A stretch of 61,615 bases of DNA from Bacillota bacterium (GCA_012521805.1 JAAYLQ010000127.1:1-61615), one strand, 5' to 3'. Counted from the stretch's first letter, positions 1-11,373 are shown. Numbers and translations: made by a program. Notes: generated by a model not told the origin, from the letters alone.

Positions 1-948
1 GATAAACATCGAGGACCAGTTGCCACTGTACTGATCAATACAGGCACTTTAGAAATCGGAGACGACTTTGTTGTAGGCTGTGTTTACGGTCGTGTGCGGG
101 CAATTGTCAACGACCGGGGTGAAAACATAGACAAGGCTGTTCCTGCTCAACCAGTAGAGATTGTCGGTATCTCGGAAGTGCCAGAGGCTGGAGATGTGCT
201 GGTTGTTACTGAGGATGAACAAACTGCACGGCAAGTAGCTGAAATCAAACGTCAGAAACAGCGTGAACAGGAATTGAGAGGACCTGTCAGAGCTAATCTC
301 GAGGATTTATTCGCCCAAATCCAGGAAGGTCAGATCCAGGAGCTAAACATCATTCTGAAGGCAGATGTTCAAGGTTCATTGGAAGCACTCAGATCTTCAC
401 TGGAAAAACTTTCTACTGATGAGGTAAGGTTGAATGTGATCCATAAAGGAGTCGGTGGAGTATCAGAGTCCGATGTGCAGTTAGCAGCGACAGCTGGCGC
501 AATTATTATTGCATTTAACGTTCGTCCAGATCCCAATGCACTCCGGGCAGCGGAACGGGAAAAAGTAGATATTCGCGGCTATCGGGTTATTTATGATGCT
601 ATCGATGAGGTAAAAGCTGCCATGAGCGGACTGCTCGAACCTGAATATAAAGAGGAAGCTATCGGCCGGGCAGAAGTGCGCGAGACATTCAGAGTGCCAG
701 GTGTAGGTACGGTGGCTGGGTGTTATGTAATGGATGGTAAAGTTACTAGGTCAGCCAATGTTCGAGTGCTTCGGGACAATGTTATCGTTCATGAAGGCAA
801 GATCAGCTCTCTCAAACGCTTTAAAGATGATGTCAGGGAAGTACTGCAGGGATATGAGTGCGGAATAGGCATCGAGCGTTTTAATGATATTAAGGTGGGA
901 GATTTTATCGAAGCTTATATAATTAAAGAGATTGCCCGCAGTTTGTAG
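1..948 (+). CDS. infB: translation initiation factor IF-2, C-terminal part (5' end lies outside the window)
   Basis: Frame 1 is open from base 1 ([21 protein letters not shown]...). IF-2 C-terminal sequence is present ([57 protein letters not shown]). The gene is followed by rbfA and truB as in nusA-infB operons. Confidence 0.95.
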   Translation, partial: DKHRGPVATVLINTGTLEIGDDFVVGCVYGRVRAIVNDRGENIDKAVPAQPVEIVGISEVPEAGDVLVVTEDEQTARQVAEIKRQKQREQELRGPVRANLEDLFAQIQEGQIQELNIILKADVQGSLEALRSSLEKLSTDEVRLNVIHKGVGGVSESDVQLAATAGAIIIAFNVRPDPNALRAAEREKVDIRGYRVIYDAIDEVKAAMSGLLEPEYKEEAIGRAEVRETFRVPGVGTVAGCYVMDGKVTRSANVRVLRDNVIVHEGKISSLKRFKDDVREVLQGYECGIGIERFNDIKVGDFIEAYIIKEIARSL

Positions 949-967
949 TGTCAAGTGGGGTGACGAT

Positions 968-1327
968 ATGAGTGAACGCATAAAAAGACTTCAGGAAGAG
1001 ATTAAGAAAGAAGCCAGTTTTATTATCCAGCGTAAGGTAAAGGATCCGAGATTGGGATTTGTCAGTATTACTGATGTTGAGCTCTCGCGAGATTATTCTT
1101 ACTGCAAGATCTTTATCAGTGTACTTGGCGATGAAAATGAGCGCGAGCAGACAATGGAAGGTTTGCATAAAGCCACTGGCTTCATTCGCTCGGAGCTGGC
1201 TAAAAAGTTAAGACTCAAGACTGTTCCTAAACTCAGTTTTCATTACGATCAATCTCTGGAATATGGTTCAAAAATCGACGCGATTCTCAAAAAGCTTGAT
1301 CTCGATGGAGGCAGTGATGGTGAATAA
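968..1327 (+). CDS. rbfA: ribosome-binding factor A
   Basis: An ATG at 968 starts MSERIKRLQEEIKKEASFIIQRKVKDPRLGFVSITDVELSRDYSYCKIF, a typical RbfA N-terminus. The position after infB fits. Confidence 0.9.
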   Translation: MSERIKRLQEEIKKEASFIIQRKVKDPRLGFVSITDVELSRDYSYCKIFISVLGDENEREQTMEGLHKATGFIRSELAKKLRLKTVPKLSFHYDQSLEYGSKIDAILKKLDLDGGSDGE

Positions 1328-2276
1328 ACAAGCTGAACTGCTGGCTGCATTGGCAAAATACGACAGATATTTGATCTGCAGCCATGAAAATCCAGATCCT
1401 GACAGTATCGGTTCCATGTTGGCTATGTATCAATATCTTAGGCGAATTGGTAAAAAAGTGTGGATGATGTGCGCCGATCCGATTCCGGATTTTCCGTGGC
1501 CTAATATGAGTCGGATTCTGCCTTTCCAGGACATAGATTATCAAACGGCAATTATTTTGGATTGCGAACCGGAGCGGACCGGAAAACTTTTGCCATTAAT
1601 TAAAAAAGCTGAAGTCACTATTAATATTGACCACCATAAAGGCAATCCGGGCAGCTGCACCATCAATTATATTGATCCTGAACAAGCTGCGACTTGCATG
1701 ATCTTGTATCAGTTGTTTAAGACTGCAGGTATTGATTTAGATTACGGCATTGCTCAGCCTCTATACGCAGGCATTGTAGGCGATACCGGTGGATTTCGCC
1801 ATGCCAATACCACCGCGGAAGTTTTCGCAGCAGCTGCTGATTTAACAACCTGTGGAGCTGTTCCAAGCGTTACAGCCCAAGTTCTGTTTGAATCAAAGCC
1901 CCTGGAATTTATGCAGTTTCTAGGCTATGCCTTAGCGAAATTAAACACAAAGCATTATCGGCGTTTAGTTTGGCTAGCATTGGCTGAGCAAGATTTTGCC
2001 GAGTTCGGCATGGATCCTCGTTGGTGCGATCAACTGATCGATTATGTTAGAATGGTAAAAGGCTGCGAGGTAGCGATACTATTTAGGGAAATGGCTCCAG
2101 GAATCGTTAGGATCGGTTTTCGCTCCAACAGCATCGACATTCATCAGCTGGCTGTACACTTCGGTGGAGGTGGTCACCTTTTAGCGGCTGGCGCTCAAAT
2201 GGAAGGTGAGCTCTCTGCTATTGTAGAGGAAGTAATAAATGCTGCGTCTAAATTGCTGGAGGGTGAAGAATTATGA
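1317..2276 (+). CDS. nrnA: DHH/DHHA1 phosphoesterase (NrnA-like oligoribonuclease / pAp phosphatase)
   Basis: The DHH motif NIDHHKGN and the DHHA1 motif FGGGGHLLAAG are present. The start was taken at ATG 1317 (MVNKQAELL), which overlaps the rbfA end, and is approximate. Confidence 0.85.
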   Translation: MVNKQAELLAALAKYDRYLICSHENPDPDSIGSMLAMYQYLRRIGKKVWMMCADPIPDFPWPNMSRILPFQDIDYQTAIILDCEPERTGKLLPLIKKAEVTINIDHHKGNPGSCTINYIDPEQAATCMILYQLFKTAGIDLDYGIAQPLYAGIVGDTGGFRHANTTAEVFAAAADLTTCGAVPSVTAQVLFESKPLEFMQFLGYALAKLNTKHYRRLVWLALAEQDFAEFGMDPRWCDQLIDYVRMVKGCEVAILFREMAPGIVRIGFRSNSIDIHQLAVHFGGGGHLLAAGAQMEGELSAIVEEVINAASKLLEGEEL

Positions 2277-3208
2277 ATGGAATCATCAATGTAATTAAGC
2301 CTCCAGGTATGAGTTCACATCAACTTGTTAGCTATGTACGGAGAATTCTCAGGATCAAGCGGATTGGCCATACTGGCACGTTAGATCCAGGTGCGGGCGG
2401 GGTTTTACTCCTTTGTGTTGGAAAAGCTACCAGGTTAGTTCCTTTTCTCGCCGATCACGATAAAACATATATTGCTGAGATGACTCTGGGAATTAGTACC
2501 ACGTCGCAGGATGCTGACGGCGAAACTGTTGACTTAGATACTGAGCTGAACATTTCACCAAACAAGTTGGGAACAGCTTTCAGCAGTTTTTTAGGTCAAA
2601 TCAACCAAATTCCTCCAATGGCTTCAGCAGTTAAAGTTAATGGTGTACGCCTATATCAATTAGAGCGCCAGGGGGTTACCATCGAACGTAAACCCCGGAA
2701 AGTTACCATCAAAGAACTGCATATCAATAAAATTTGGCCTGAAACGCAGCACTCGTTAGCTTTCGGCAGTCGGGTTTTATTTTATGTTCGTTGTTCAAAA
2801 GGAACTTATATCCGCACCCTCTGTCACGATCTTGGCCGTGCTTTAGGGACTTATGCCCATATGTCTTTTTTGACAAGGATTGGCGTAGGGCCATTTTCGA
2901 TTGAAACTAGCATAACTTTGGAAGAACTTGAGGCAATGGCAGATCAGGGAAATTTCGACTTTCTCCTTCCGATGGCAAAAGCACTTCCAGATTTTCCCCA
3001 AGTTAAGGTTGCTCCCTTCATGGAGAGGCGTGTGCTTAACGGCAATGCCATCACACCTGATTATTTAGTGGACGTGCCAAAGTCATTGGTGGTGGGGGAC
3101 CAGGTATTAATTACTGCTGTTGATGGAGAACTTTTGGCCATTGGTGAAATTAGATACAAAGAGCAGCTGATCTGCCAGCCTATTCGTGTTCTGAAGGAGG
3201 GACGCTGA
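2273..3208 (+). CDS. truB: tRNA pseudouridine(55) synthase
   Basis: The sequence MNGIINVIKPPGMSSHQLV...GHTGTLDPGAGGVLLLCVGKATR contains the TruB catalytic Asp motif. The start forms an ATGA overlap with the nrnA stop. Confidence 0.95.
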   Translation: MNGIINVIKPPGMSSHQLVSYVRRILRIKRIGHTGTLDPGAGGVLLLCVGKATRLVPFLADHDKTYIAEMTLGISTTSQDADGETVDLDTELNISPNKLGTAFSSFLGQINQIPPMASAVKVNGVRLYQLERQGVTIERKPRKVTIKELHINKIWPETQHSLAFGSRVLFYVRCSKGTYIRTLCHDLGRALGTYAHMSFLTRIGVGPFSIETSITLEELEAMADQGNFDFLLPMAKALPDFPQVKVAPFMERRVLNGNAITPDYLVDVPKSLVVGDQVLITAVDGELLAIGEIRYKEQLICQPIRVLKEGR

Positions 3209-4135
3209 CTGAAACTGTATTGGACAAGTAATCGCAACACGGAAAAAGCAGTTGTTGCCCTGGGGACTTTTGACGGAGTGCATTTAGGGCACCAGCAGCT
3301 GTTGAAGCAGGCGACTGCAATTAAAAATGTACTTAATTTAACCAGTATGGTGTTTACCTTCGATTACCCTCCTGAACAGCTGTTTCATAAAGAACTGAGG
3401 TTAATTACTGATTTCAAGACAAAACAGAAACTGCTGTTAGCATCAGGTGTTGATCAGGTAGTGTGGACTGAGTTTGATCCCGAGTTTGCAGCGATTCCCG
3501 CAGTAGAATTTGTTACTGATATCCTATTAGGTGAACTGAAGGCTGCCGCAGTGGTTTGTGGTTTTAACTATCGTTTTGGCCACCGAGCCGAAGGAAATAC
3601 TGAGCTTTTAAGACAGCTGGGCGAGCAGCATGGCTTTATTGTTGAAGTTATATCACCCTTCTTACATAACAATCAGCCGGTATCCAGCAGCCGTATTAGA
3701 GAACTTATAGGAGAAGGTAATGTTGAACAAGCAGCGGAGCTACTGGGTCGCTTTCATTCTTACCATGGCACAGTTGTTCACGGCAAAAAATTAGGTCGAG
3801 AGCTTGGTTTTCCAACGGCAAATACTAAAATCGATCCACGGCTGGTATTGCCGCAAGCTGGTGCTTACTTAACCTGGTGTTTTCTCCCAGATGGCAGCAG
3901 TTATCCGGCTATGACCTCCGTTAGTCCCAATGGTACGGTGGAATCGTATTTGTTCGAATTCAGCGGTGACTTGTATGGGCAGACTATTGAAGTCTGTTTT
4001 TTAATGAAAATGAGATCCTGGAAGGAGTTCTCATCGATTCAATCCCTGAAGGAGCAGCTCAGCAGAGATTATGAATATGCTGCTGCCCATATCGACAATT
4101 ATCGTTTACAAGGACAAAGAATTGTGTTAGAATAA
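3209..4135 (+). CDS. ribF: bifunctional riboflavin kinase / FMN adenylyltransferase
   Basis: The FAD-synthetase motif VVALGTFDGVHLGHQ starts at 3251, and the riboflavin kinase C-terminus is present (GFPTAN, ESYLFEFSGDLYG). No ATG, GTG or TTG lies between the in-frame TGA (3206-3208) and this motif. CTG 3209 sits 8 nt after AGGAGG (3195-3200), so the start is assigned there and is uncertain. Confidence 0.88.
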   Translation: MKLYWTSNRNTEKAVVALGTFDGVHLGHQQLLKQATAIKNVLNLTSMVFTFDYPPEQLFHKELRLITDFKTKQKLLLASGVDQVVWTEFDPEFAAIPAVEFVTDILLGELKAAAVVCGFNYRFGHRAEGNTELLRQLGEQHGFIVEVISPFLHNNQPVSSSRIRELIGEGNVEQAAELLGRFHSYHGTVVHGKKLGRELGFPTANTKIDPRLVLPQAGAYLTWCFLPDGSSYPAMTSVSPNGTVESYLFEFSGDLYGQTIEVCFLMKMRSWKEFSSIQSLKEQLSRDYEYAAAHIDNYRLQGQRIVLE

Positions 4136-4222
4136 GTAAGGAATAACCATATTCTAGGGGGAAACGCAGCTCCGGCGTTCTGCTTGGATTATGGTGATCT
4201 TGTTAATATGGGGGTGAGAGGT

Positions 4223-4489
4223 GTGATCTCTAAAGAGTGCAAGGAGGAACTGATCAAGAAGTATCAGCGTCATGACAATGACACAGGTTCTCCTGAAGTG
4301 CAAATTGCGATTTTGTCTCAAAGAATCAGTGAACTGACTGATCATCTGCGTGTGCACAAAAAAGACCATCATTCACGCAGAGGATTATATAAGATGATTG
4401 GACAACGTCGCGGTTTGCTGAATTACCTGATGAAAAAAGACATCGATCGTTACCGTGCCATTATCGAAGAGCTCGGTTTACGTCGATAA
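4223..4489 (+). CDS. rpsO: 30S ribosomal protein S15
   Basis: GTG 4223 follows GGGGTGAGAGG. The 88-aa product contains [35 protein letters not shown], the S15 signature. Confidence 0.95.
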   Translation: MISKECKEELIKKYQRHDNDTGSPEVQIAILSQRISELTDHLRVHKKDHHSRRGLYKMIGQRRGLLNYLMKKDIDRYRAIIEELGLRR

Positions 4490-4493
4490 AAAC

Positions 4494-4518
4494 GAGCGGG
4501 GGAGTCCCGCTCTTTTTT
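4494..4518 (+). terminator. intrinsic terminator after rpsO
   Basis: The hairpin is GAGCGGG-ggagt-CCCGCTC followed by TTTTTT. Confidence 0.85.
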
Positions 4519-4573
4519 GCAACCTTTACAGAATGGAAAAATGGGGAATACTATGTGCAAAGGAGGTATGTCG

Positions 4574-6670
4574 ATGCCCGATACATTTACAATGGAATTA
4601 GGTCATCGAACCCTAACCTTGGAATTTGGCGAGCTGGCCAAACAGGCAAACGGCTCTGTGTTAGTCCGTTATGGCGATACAGTAGTATTAGTTACAGCCA
4701 CTATGGCAAAACAGCCTCGCCCAGATATTGATTTTTTCCCACTAATCGTTGATTATGAAGAAAAAATGTACTCTGTGGGAAAAATACCAGGGGGATGGGG
4801 TAGAAGAGAAGGTAGACCAGGTGAAGAAGCAATCTTAGCAGCCCGGATGATTGACCGACCCCTGCGGCCGCTGTTTCCAGAGGGATTCCGCAACGATGTA
4901 CAGGTTGTTGCAGCTGTACTGTCGGTTGATCAGAACAATTCACCATCAATTGCCGCGATGATTGGAGCAAGTGCTGCCCTAACCGTTTCTGATATTCCCT
5001 TCGAGGGACCGATTGGGGGAGTGAAAGTAGGTCGCGTTGATGGTAAATTCGTGATCAATCCAACTTCTGCCGAAGAAGCCAAATCGGATCTTGATCTGGT
5101 TGTAGCTGGTACTGCTGACGCAATCATGATGGTAGAAGCGGGAGCAAATGAAGTTGATGAAGAGATTATGCTGCAGGCCATCATGTTTGGCCACGAAGAA
5201 GTTAAGAAAATCTGTGCCCTGCAGGAAGAAATCCGGGCAAAGATCGGTAAGCCAAAAGTTGAAGTAGAACTCTTCCAGCCTGAAGAAACCCTTGTTCAGT
5301 GGATTACTGATTTCGCATCCGATAAACTCAAGGAAGCATTATACAATCAGAACAAACTTGAACGGGAACAAGACGTGAGTGACGTCCGCACACTGATCCA
5401 TGAAACATATCAGCAGCAGTTTGGTGAAGAAAAACATCTGGAGAACGAAAAAGCTATTGATGCTATCATTGATGATTTAACCAAAACGATTGTACGCACC
5501 ATGATCATCAATGGCATTAGGCCAGATGGACGCAAAACTGACCAGATCCGACCAATTAGTGTGAAGGTTGGGATTCTTCCAAGAACCCATGGTTCCGGAT
5601 TGTTTACCCGGGGACAAACCCAGGTTCTAACTGTCTGTACCCTTGGATTAAAGTCCGATGAACAGCTGCTGGACAACCTCACTGATGAAGATCGTAAACG
5701 TTATATTCATCACTACAACTTCCCGCCCTTCTCGGTAGGTGAGGTAAGGTCAATCCGCAGCCCAGGTCGGAGAGAGATTGGACACGGAGCATTAGCCGAA
5801 AGAGCTCTGTTGCCTATGATACCATCAGAAGAAGAATTTCCGTACACCATCCGCTTGGTTTCAGAAGTTCTTGAATCTAATGGTTCCAGTTCTCAGGCAA
5901 GCGTATGCGGCAGTACTTTGGCTTTAATGGATGCAGGTGTCCCAATTAAGCGACCGGTTGCCGGCATTGCTATGGGCTTAGTTAAGTACGAAGATCAAAT
6001 TGCGATTTTAACGGATATCCAAGGTCTTGAAGATGCTTTAGGAGATATGGACTTCAAAGTGGCTGGAACCAGTCAAGGAATTACAGCCCTGCAGATGGAT
6101 ATCAAAGTCAGTGGAGTAAGTGAAGATATTTTGAGAAATGCATTAGCCCAAGCACGTGAGGGACGTCTCTTTATTCTCGATAAAATGCTGGAAGTAATTG
6201 CTCAGCCGCGTGAAGAACTATCACCTTACGCTCCTAGGATCATTACTACAGAGATTCCTGTAGACCGGATCCGTGATGTGATTGGACCAGGGGGCAAAAC
6301 TATCCGCAAGATTATTGAGGAAACTAATGTCGCTATTGATATTGATGATGATGGCCGCGTGTACATTGCCTCTACTGCAGACGGCGATGGAGAAAAAGCA
6401 CTGAGAATGATCGAAAGTTACACTAAAGATGTTGAAGTGGGTGCTTCCTACTTAGGTGTAGTTAAGCGGATCATGAAGTTTGGTGCTTTTGTAGAGATTC
6501 TGCCGGGTAAAGAAGGATTGGTACACATTTCACAGTTAGCCAATGAAAGAGTTAATCGCGTGGAAGATGTACTCAATGTAGGAGATGAGGTTTTAGTGAA
6601 AGTTACTGATATCGATCGCCAAGGCCGCATCAACTTATCAAGAAAAGCAGTACTTACAAATGTGGAGTAA
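4574..6670 (+). CDS. pnp: polyribonucleotide nucleotidyltransferase (PNPase)
   Basis: Two RNase PH domains are followed by KH ([15 protein letters not shown]) and S1 ([19 protein letters not shown]) domains. ATG 4574 lies 7 nt after AGGAGG. Confidence 0.97.
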   Translation: MPDTFTMELGHRTLTLEFGELAKQANGSVLVRYGDTVVLVTATMAKQPRPDIDFFPLIVDYEEKMYSVGKIPGGWGRREGRPGEEAILAARMIDRPLRPLFPEGFRNDVQVVAAVLSVDQNNSPSIAAMIGASAALTVSDIPFEGPIGGVKVGRVDGKFVINPTSAEEAKSDLDLVVAGTADAIMMVEAGANEVDEEIMLQAIMFGHEEVKKICALQEEIRAKIGKPKVEVELFQPEETLVQWITDFASDKLKEALYNQNKLEREQDVSDVRTLIHETYQQQFGEEKHLENEKAIDAIIDDLTKTIVRTMIINGIRPDGRKTDQIRPISVKVGILPRTHGSGLFTRGQTQVLTVCTLGLKSDEQLLDNLTDEDRKRYIHHYNFPPFSVGEVRSIRSPGRREIGHGALAERALLPMIPSEEEFPYTIRLVSEVLESNGSSSQASVCGSTLALMDAGVPIKRPVAGIAMGLVKYEDQIAILTDIQGLEDALGDMDFKVAGTSQGITALQMDIKVSGVSEDILRNALAQAREGRLFILDKMLEVIAQPREELSPYAPRIITTEIPVDRIRDVIGPGGKTIRKIIEETNVAIDIDDDGRVYIASTADGDGEKALRMIESYTKDVEVGASYLGVVKRIMKFGAFVEILPGKEGLVHISQLANERVNRVEDVLNVGDEVLVKVTDIDRQGRINLSRKAVLTNVE

Positions 6671-6674
6671 ATTT

Positions 6675-6699
6675 AAGCAGGTAATTGCCTGCTTTTTTT
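6675..6699 (+). terminator. intrinsic terminator after pnp
   Basis: The hairpin is AAGCAGG-taattg-CCTGCTT followed by a T-run. Confidence 0.85.
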
Positions 6700-6728
6700 G
6701 ATCCAAAATATGCAAAGGGTGAGCAAAT

Positions 6729-7823
6729 ATGGATTGCTGGGTAGTCCAAGGGCAGGTCATCGAAATTGTAAAAGCAGATCATCGCAAGCAGGAACTGCGG
6801 GTAAAGATCGGAAATAATGAGGAAAAGGCTGTGAATTTTCCAGAGCTAACCGGAACATGTGAACATGGCGATCAGGTGCTCCTCAATACCACAGCAGTAA
6901 CATTAGAATTAGGTTCCGGCGGAACACATTTCGTCATGGGAATTGTCGGTAGAGACTATCAGCCTGAAGCTGGTTCAGGCCACATCATGAAGCTGCGCTA
7001 CACACCCAGCCAAGGACGAGTGTTGAGTGTTGAAGAACATGATAGTCCTTATCATGACATTTTTAATACTGAATCATCGATTGAGGGGATGCCAGTTATA
7101 GTTGGGTCACTCCACAGTATGCTGGCGCCTGTCTGTATTGGTTTCAAGCACCTTGTTCCAGGGGGAAAAATTGTTTATTTGATGAGCGATGGTGCAGCTC
7201 TTCCCCTTGCGTTCAGCAATCAGGTTGCTTTACTGCTCGAGCTTGGTCTGCTCGATGATACAATTACTTTCAATCATGCATTCGGAGGCAGTTTTGAGGC
7301 TGTTAATGTCTACACAGCGCTGTTAACAGCAAAACATGTATGCCAAGCTGATGCCGCGGTGATCCTCATGGGTCCAGGAGTAGTAGGAACTGGTACAACC
7401 TGGGGTACAACAGCTCTAGAACAGGGGATCTATCTGAATGCAGTACATACCCTTGGTGGGCAGGGTATTGGTCTAGTGAGGGTCAGTTTTGCGGATCAGC
7501 GCCAGCGCCATCAAGGGATCAGCCACCATTCACTAACTGCCCTAACAAAAATTTGCGAGCATCCCTGTTTTGTACCACTGCCGCAACCTTTGAAGGATGA
7601 GCAGATCATTCAGACCCAGCTTCAACAGATCAAGCATCATCAGATTAAGTGGGTAGATACAGCTCAATACCGCTCCTTGTTGAGCGGCGCTCAGGTTCCC
7701 TTAACCACAATGGGCAGGAATTTTAATGCAGATCCATTTTTCTTTGAATCAGCACTGGCGGCTGGTTTGTATGCTGGCTGCCTGTTAGGGCACGGTGCCA
7801 TTCACCCAAGGTTTGAAACTTAG
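6729..7823 (+). CDS. conserved hypothetical protein, DUF3866-like
   Basis: A 364-aa ORF with a good RBS. The N-terminus (...VNFPELTG..GDQVLLNTTAV.LELGSGG.HFV) resembles the DUF3866 family as I recall it. This was not verified by search. Confidence 0.55.
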   Translation: MDCWVVQGQVIEIVKADHRKQELRVKIGNNEEKAVNFPELTGTCEHGDQVLLNTTAVTLELGSGGTHFVMGIVGRDYQPEAGSGHIMKLRYTPSQGRVLSVEEHDSPYHDIFNTESSIEGMPVIVGSLHSMLAPVCIGFKHLVPGGKIVYLMSDGAALPLAFSNQVALLLELGLLDDTITFNHAFGGSFEAVNVYTALLTAKHVCQADAAVILMGPGVVGTGTTWGTTALEQGIYLNAVHTLGGQGIGLVRVSFADQRQRHQGISHHSLTALTKICEHPCFVPLPQPLKDEQIIQTQLQQIKHHQIKWVDTAQYRSLLSGAQVPLTTMGRNFNADPFFFESALAAGLYAGCLLGHGAIHPRFET

Positions 7824-7970
7824 CAGCTGCTTGGCGGAGCTGTGCTAAAACCCAGCTGGGCTTGCCAATAATTACAATCATGAGGAAGTCCCCCTTTCAC
7901 GTCAGTGATAGTATATGCAGGGGTTGTCATAAAATACCAATAAATGAATTGATCCAACAGGAGGGTGGCT

Positions 7971-8588
7971 GTGGGTATTTTAGTTCTGGTCCGCCATGGA
8001 GAAACCCAATGGAATAAAGAGGGAAGATACCAGGGACAGCATGATATACCCTTGTCAAAAACAGGACAACAGCAGGCGGAGCAATTAGCCCAGTTTTTCA
8101 GCAGTTGGTCCTTGGATGCAGTATACGCCAGCGATTTAACCCGGGCTGCGGATACCGCGTCCGCCATTGCTCAAGTGCATCAGCTCCCGGTGATAACCGA
8201 TCCGCGTTTAAGAGAATATGCCTTCGGCGTCTGGGAAGGGTTAACACGAGCAGAAATCAAACATAAATATCCCGAGCTGTATTATGGACGAAGGACTAAC
8301 ATCGATATTTTAATCCCAGGTGGAGAAACAGGTTCTCAGGTGCAGGCAAGAGCTTTTCAGTGGTTGTTGGAAGCAGCAGATCAAGAACATGAAACAGTGT
8401 TGGCTGTCAGTCATGGGGGAACGATCCGGGCGCTGCTTGCTAAGATTTTGGAGATTGACATCAGCAAATGTCATAAGCTGAGACTGGATAACGGCGGATT
8501 TTCCATCATCAGCTGGCAGGTGCATGATAACCGACGGCAGTTTAATATTCATGGGATTAACTGCAGAGCAGACAGCAAATGGCAGTGA
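7971..8588 (+). CDS. histidine phosphatase family protein (phosphoglycerate mutase / alpha-ribazole phosphatase-like)
   Basis: The RHG catalytic motif LVRHGETQWNKEGRYQG and the downstream SHGG motif are present. GTG 7971 lies 6 nt after AGGAGG. Confidence 0.85.
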   Translation: MGILVLVRHGETQWNKEGRYQGQHDIPLSKTGQQQAEQLAQFFSSWSLDAVYASDLTRAADTASAIAQVHQLPVITDPRLREYAFGVWEGLTRAEIKHKYPELYYGRRTNIDILIPGGETGSQVQARAFQWLLEAADQEHETVLAVSHGGTIRALLAKILEIDISKCHKLRLDNGGFSIISWQVHDNRRQFNIHGINCRADSKWQ

Positions 8589-8647
8589 CATAACTAGTTT
8601 CTTCTTGTCATATAATCCGGTAGACAGGCAAGAAGGAGGGAGCTGTT

Positions 8648-9265
8648 ATGCTTTACTACTTCCAACAGCGCTTACCAATTTTGATTGGAGTAGTCCTGCT
8701 GTTTCTGATGGGAATTGCTTTTGGCTCTGCAGCAGTAAAAACATTGTCCCAGGCTCAAATTTCTGACCTAAATAATTATCTGAAAAACTTCTACCGCAGT
8801 TTACCGGAAGACCTGGCCGGCGTCAACCGCCACGCATTGGCAGTCAGGGCAGCAGCCGATAATATTATCAAACTTGGCGGTTTAGTATGGGTGTTAGGCC
8901 TAACCATTATTGGCATTCCCTTGATACTAGGCATTATTTTTGTAAGAGGTTTTGTGCTGGGATTTACAGTTGGTTTTATGATTTCACAACTGGAATTTAA
9001 CGGAGTATTGGTGGCGGCTGCATCACTGCTTCCCCATAATTTACTGCTTGTTCCGGCATTGATTATTGCAGCTACAACAGCCATATCGTTTGCCATTTCA
9101 GCAGTCAAAACATTGATTGGCACATCGGAACGAAGCATTGTGAACCAATTCTTAGCGACTACGATCATTATTGTTTTCAGCAGTGGATTGTTAGCACTGG
9201 CATCCCTGGTGGAACTGTACATTACTCCAATATTAATGCGTTTATCCAGCAGTCTCATACTCTAA
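8648..9265 (+). CDS. spoIIM: stage II sporulation protein M
   Basis: A 205-aa polytopic membrane protein. Its N-terminus (LLFLMGIAFGSAAVKTLSQAQISDLNNYLKNF) resembles B. subtilis SpoIIM, and it neighbours xerD as in Bacillus. Confidence 0.78.
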   Translation: MLYYFQQRLPILIGVVLLFLMGIAFGSAAVKTLSQAQISDLNNYLKNFYRSLPEDLAGVNRHALAVRAAADNIIKLGGLVWVLGLTIIGIPLILGIIFVRGFVLGFTVGFMISQLEFNGVLVAAASLLPHNLLLVPALIIAATTAISFAISAVKTLIGTSERSIVNQFLATTIIIVFSSGLLALASLVELYITPILMRLSSSLIL

Positions 9266-9279
9266 GGAAGGTGGTGGGC

Positions 9280-10200
9280 ATGGAGCAGGAGCGGCATCAC
9301 ATTAGTGAATATCTTAATCACCTTTTAATTGAGAGGGGCTTGAGTGATAATACCATTGCAGCTTACGAAAACGATTTAACTCAATTTTACAATTTCTTGA
9401 AAGCCAACAATATCTCCATCTTTGCTGTTACTCCTAACGCGATTATTGATTTCTTAACGGTTATCGAGGCAGAACTCAAAAGTAAGTCTTCAACCATTGC
9501 TCGCAAGACAGCGGCAATCAGAGGGTTCTATCATTACCTGCTGACCGAAGATTTGATTGACGAAAATCCGCTAGACGCCCTGGACGTGGCCAAATCCGAA
9601 ACCAAGCTGCCTGAAATTTTGACTATTGAAGAAGTGGACAAGCTTTTGAGTATGCCTGATTTAACTACAAAGACTGGATACAGAGATTTAGCCATGATGG
9701 AAGTTCTCTATGCCACAGGACTGCGGGTGAGCGAACTGATCGGTTTAGATCTCGGAGATATTGATCCTTTAGGATATGTGCGCTGTTTTGGAAAAGGCGG
9801 TAAGGAGCGGATTGTGCCGATCGGTACCAAAGCGCTCCGAGCGGTGGAACTCTATATCCAGCGCTGCCGCAGCCGTTTAGTAAAACACCGGAGCGAGACA
9901 GCCCTCTTTGTTAATACCCGGGGCAAACGAATGACCCGGCAGGGTTTTTGGAGAATCCTTAAACAGTACGGTCAGCAGTGTGGTATCAAGAAACCTCTCA
10001 GTCCCCATATTCTGCGGCATTCTTTTGCAACCCATTTAATTGCCAATGGCGCTGATCTGCGCTCAGTACAGCAGATGCTTGGTCATGCAGATATCGCTAC
10101 AACCCAAATTTACACACATCTAACTCGCGAACATCTGCGAACTGTTTACCAGACCAATCATCCGCGCGCGAAGATAAATTCTGCTAGAAAGGATTGCTGA
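9280..10200 (+). CDS. xerD: site-specific tyrosine recombinase XerD
   Basis: The N-terminus reads [23 protein letters not shown]. The catalytic residues are present ([34 protein letters not shown]). Confidence 0.9.
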   Translation: MEQERHHISEYLNHLLIERGLSDNTIAAYENDLTQFYNFLKANNISIFAVTPNAIIDFLTVIEAELKSKSSTIARKTAAIRGFYHYLLTEDLIDENPLDALDVAKSETKLPEILTIEEVDKLLSMPDLTTKTGYRDLAMMEVLYATGLRVSELIGLDLGDIDPLGYVRCFGKGGKERIVPIGTKALRAVELYIQRCRSRLVKHRSETALFVNTRGKRMTRQGFWRILKQYGQQCGIKKPLSPHILRHSFATHLIANGADLRSVQQMLGHADIATTQIYTHLTREHLRTVYQTNHPRAKINSARKDC

Positions 10201-10201
10201 T

Positions 10202-11368
10202 ATGGCTCGATTTGTGTTAATCGTTCTTGATAGTGTGGGGATAGGCGAACTTCCGGATGCTTGGCAGTATAATGATCAGGGCAGCAATACTTTGGCCAAT
10301 CTCGCTCAAGCGGTTAAGGGTTTAAATCTCCCTAATTTAGAAAAGCTAGGTCTTGGCAATATCCACCCAATTGAAGGGGTTAGCCCTCAAACTGAGTCCT
10401 TGGCAGCATGGGGTAAAATGGCGGAACAGTCACCGGGCAAGGATACTACCACCGGTCACTGGGAGCTGGCTGGAATTATTTTAAAGCAGCCCTTTCCAAC
10501 CTATCCGCAAGGTTTTCCGGAAGAAGTGATCTCACGGTTTACTAAAGCAATCGGCAGACCTATCTTAGGCAATATTACTGCATCTGGTACTGAAATAATC
10601 AAAGAGTTAGGCGTAGAGCATATGCGCAGCGGTGCACCAATCGTATATACCTCTGCAGACAGCGTATTTCAAATCGCTGCTCACGAGCAGATTGTACCGG
10701 TTTCGAAGTTATATGAATGGTGTCAAATTGCTAGAGAAATCTTAGTCGGTGAGCATGGCGTAGGCAGAGTAATTGCCCGTCCTTTTTTAGGAGAGCCAGG
10801 CAGTTTTTGGCGGACTCAAAATCGCAAAGACTTCAGTCTTGCTCCCACCGCCCCTACAATCTTAGATTATCTTACCGAACAGCAGATTCCGACAGTAGCA
10901 ATTGGAAAAATCAAAGATATTTTTGCTGGAAGAGGTATTCAAAAACACCTTCCTGCTGGAAACAACCTGGAAACTGTTGCAGCGGTAATTGAAGCGCTTA
11001 AACGCACCAAAACGGGATTGATTTTTGCTAATTGCGTTGATTTTGACACTCTGTGGGGTCATCGCAATGATGTTCAGGGATATGCCCAGGGACTGGAAGA
11101 GTTTGATCAGAATTTGCCCAGAATAATGGAACAGTTAGCCGAGGATGATATTCTCTGCTTGACAGCGGATCACGGATGTGATCCGACTACACCAAGCACT
11201 GATCATTCACGAGAATACGTTCCTTTGCTGGTCTATGGCTCTAAAGTTAAGCCAGTTGACTTGGGCACGAGATCAACCTTCAGCGATATTGCTCAGACAA
11301 TCTGTGAATTTTACGATTTGCAACCGGTATTTCCCGGTAAGAGTTTTTTAGGAAAGCTGGGGAGGTGA
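10202..11368 (+). CDS. deoB: phosphopentomutase
   Basis: The sequences [27 protein letters not shown] and TADHGCDPT are characteristic of DeoB. Confidence 0.95.
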   Translation: MARFVLIVLDSVGIGELPDAWQYNDQGSNTLANLAQAVKGLNLPNLEKLGLGNIHPIEGVSPQTESLAAWGKMAEQSPGKDTTTGHWELAGIILKQPFPTYPQGFPEEVISRFTKAIGRPILGNITASGTEIIKELGVEHMRSGAPIVYTSADSVFQIAAHEQIVPVSKLYEWCQIAREILVGEHGVGRVIARPFLGEPGSFWRTQNRKDFSLAPTAPTILDYLTEQQIPTVAIGKIKDIFAGRGIQKHLPAGNNLETVAAVIEALKRTKTGLIFANCVDFDTLWGHRNDVQGYAQGLEEFDQNLPRIMEQLAEDDILCLTADHGCDPTTPSTDHSREYVPLLVYGSKVKPVDLGTRSTFSDIAQTICEFYDLQPVFPGKSFLGKLGR

Positions 11369-11373
11369 ATTGA

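Noticed and set aside
7820-8167. A 115-aa minus-strand ORF spans the DUF3866 / histidine-phosphatase intergenic region. Palindromes (AGCAGCTGCT, CCCAGCTGGG) are also present at 7824-7860.
   Set aside because: The ORF overlaps the well-supported RHG-phosphatase start on the opposite strand and has no RBS or recognisable product. The palindromes lack a U-tract and could not be assigned a function.
8586-8616. A sigma-E-like -10 element (CATATAAT) with an upstream ATA lies in front of spoIIM.
   Set aside because: It is plausible biologically, since spoIIM is sigma-E dependent in Bacillus. However, the -35 to -10 spacing does not fit cleanly, and the motif is also a generic AT-rich -10 element.
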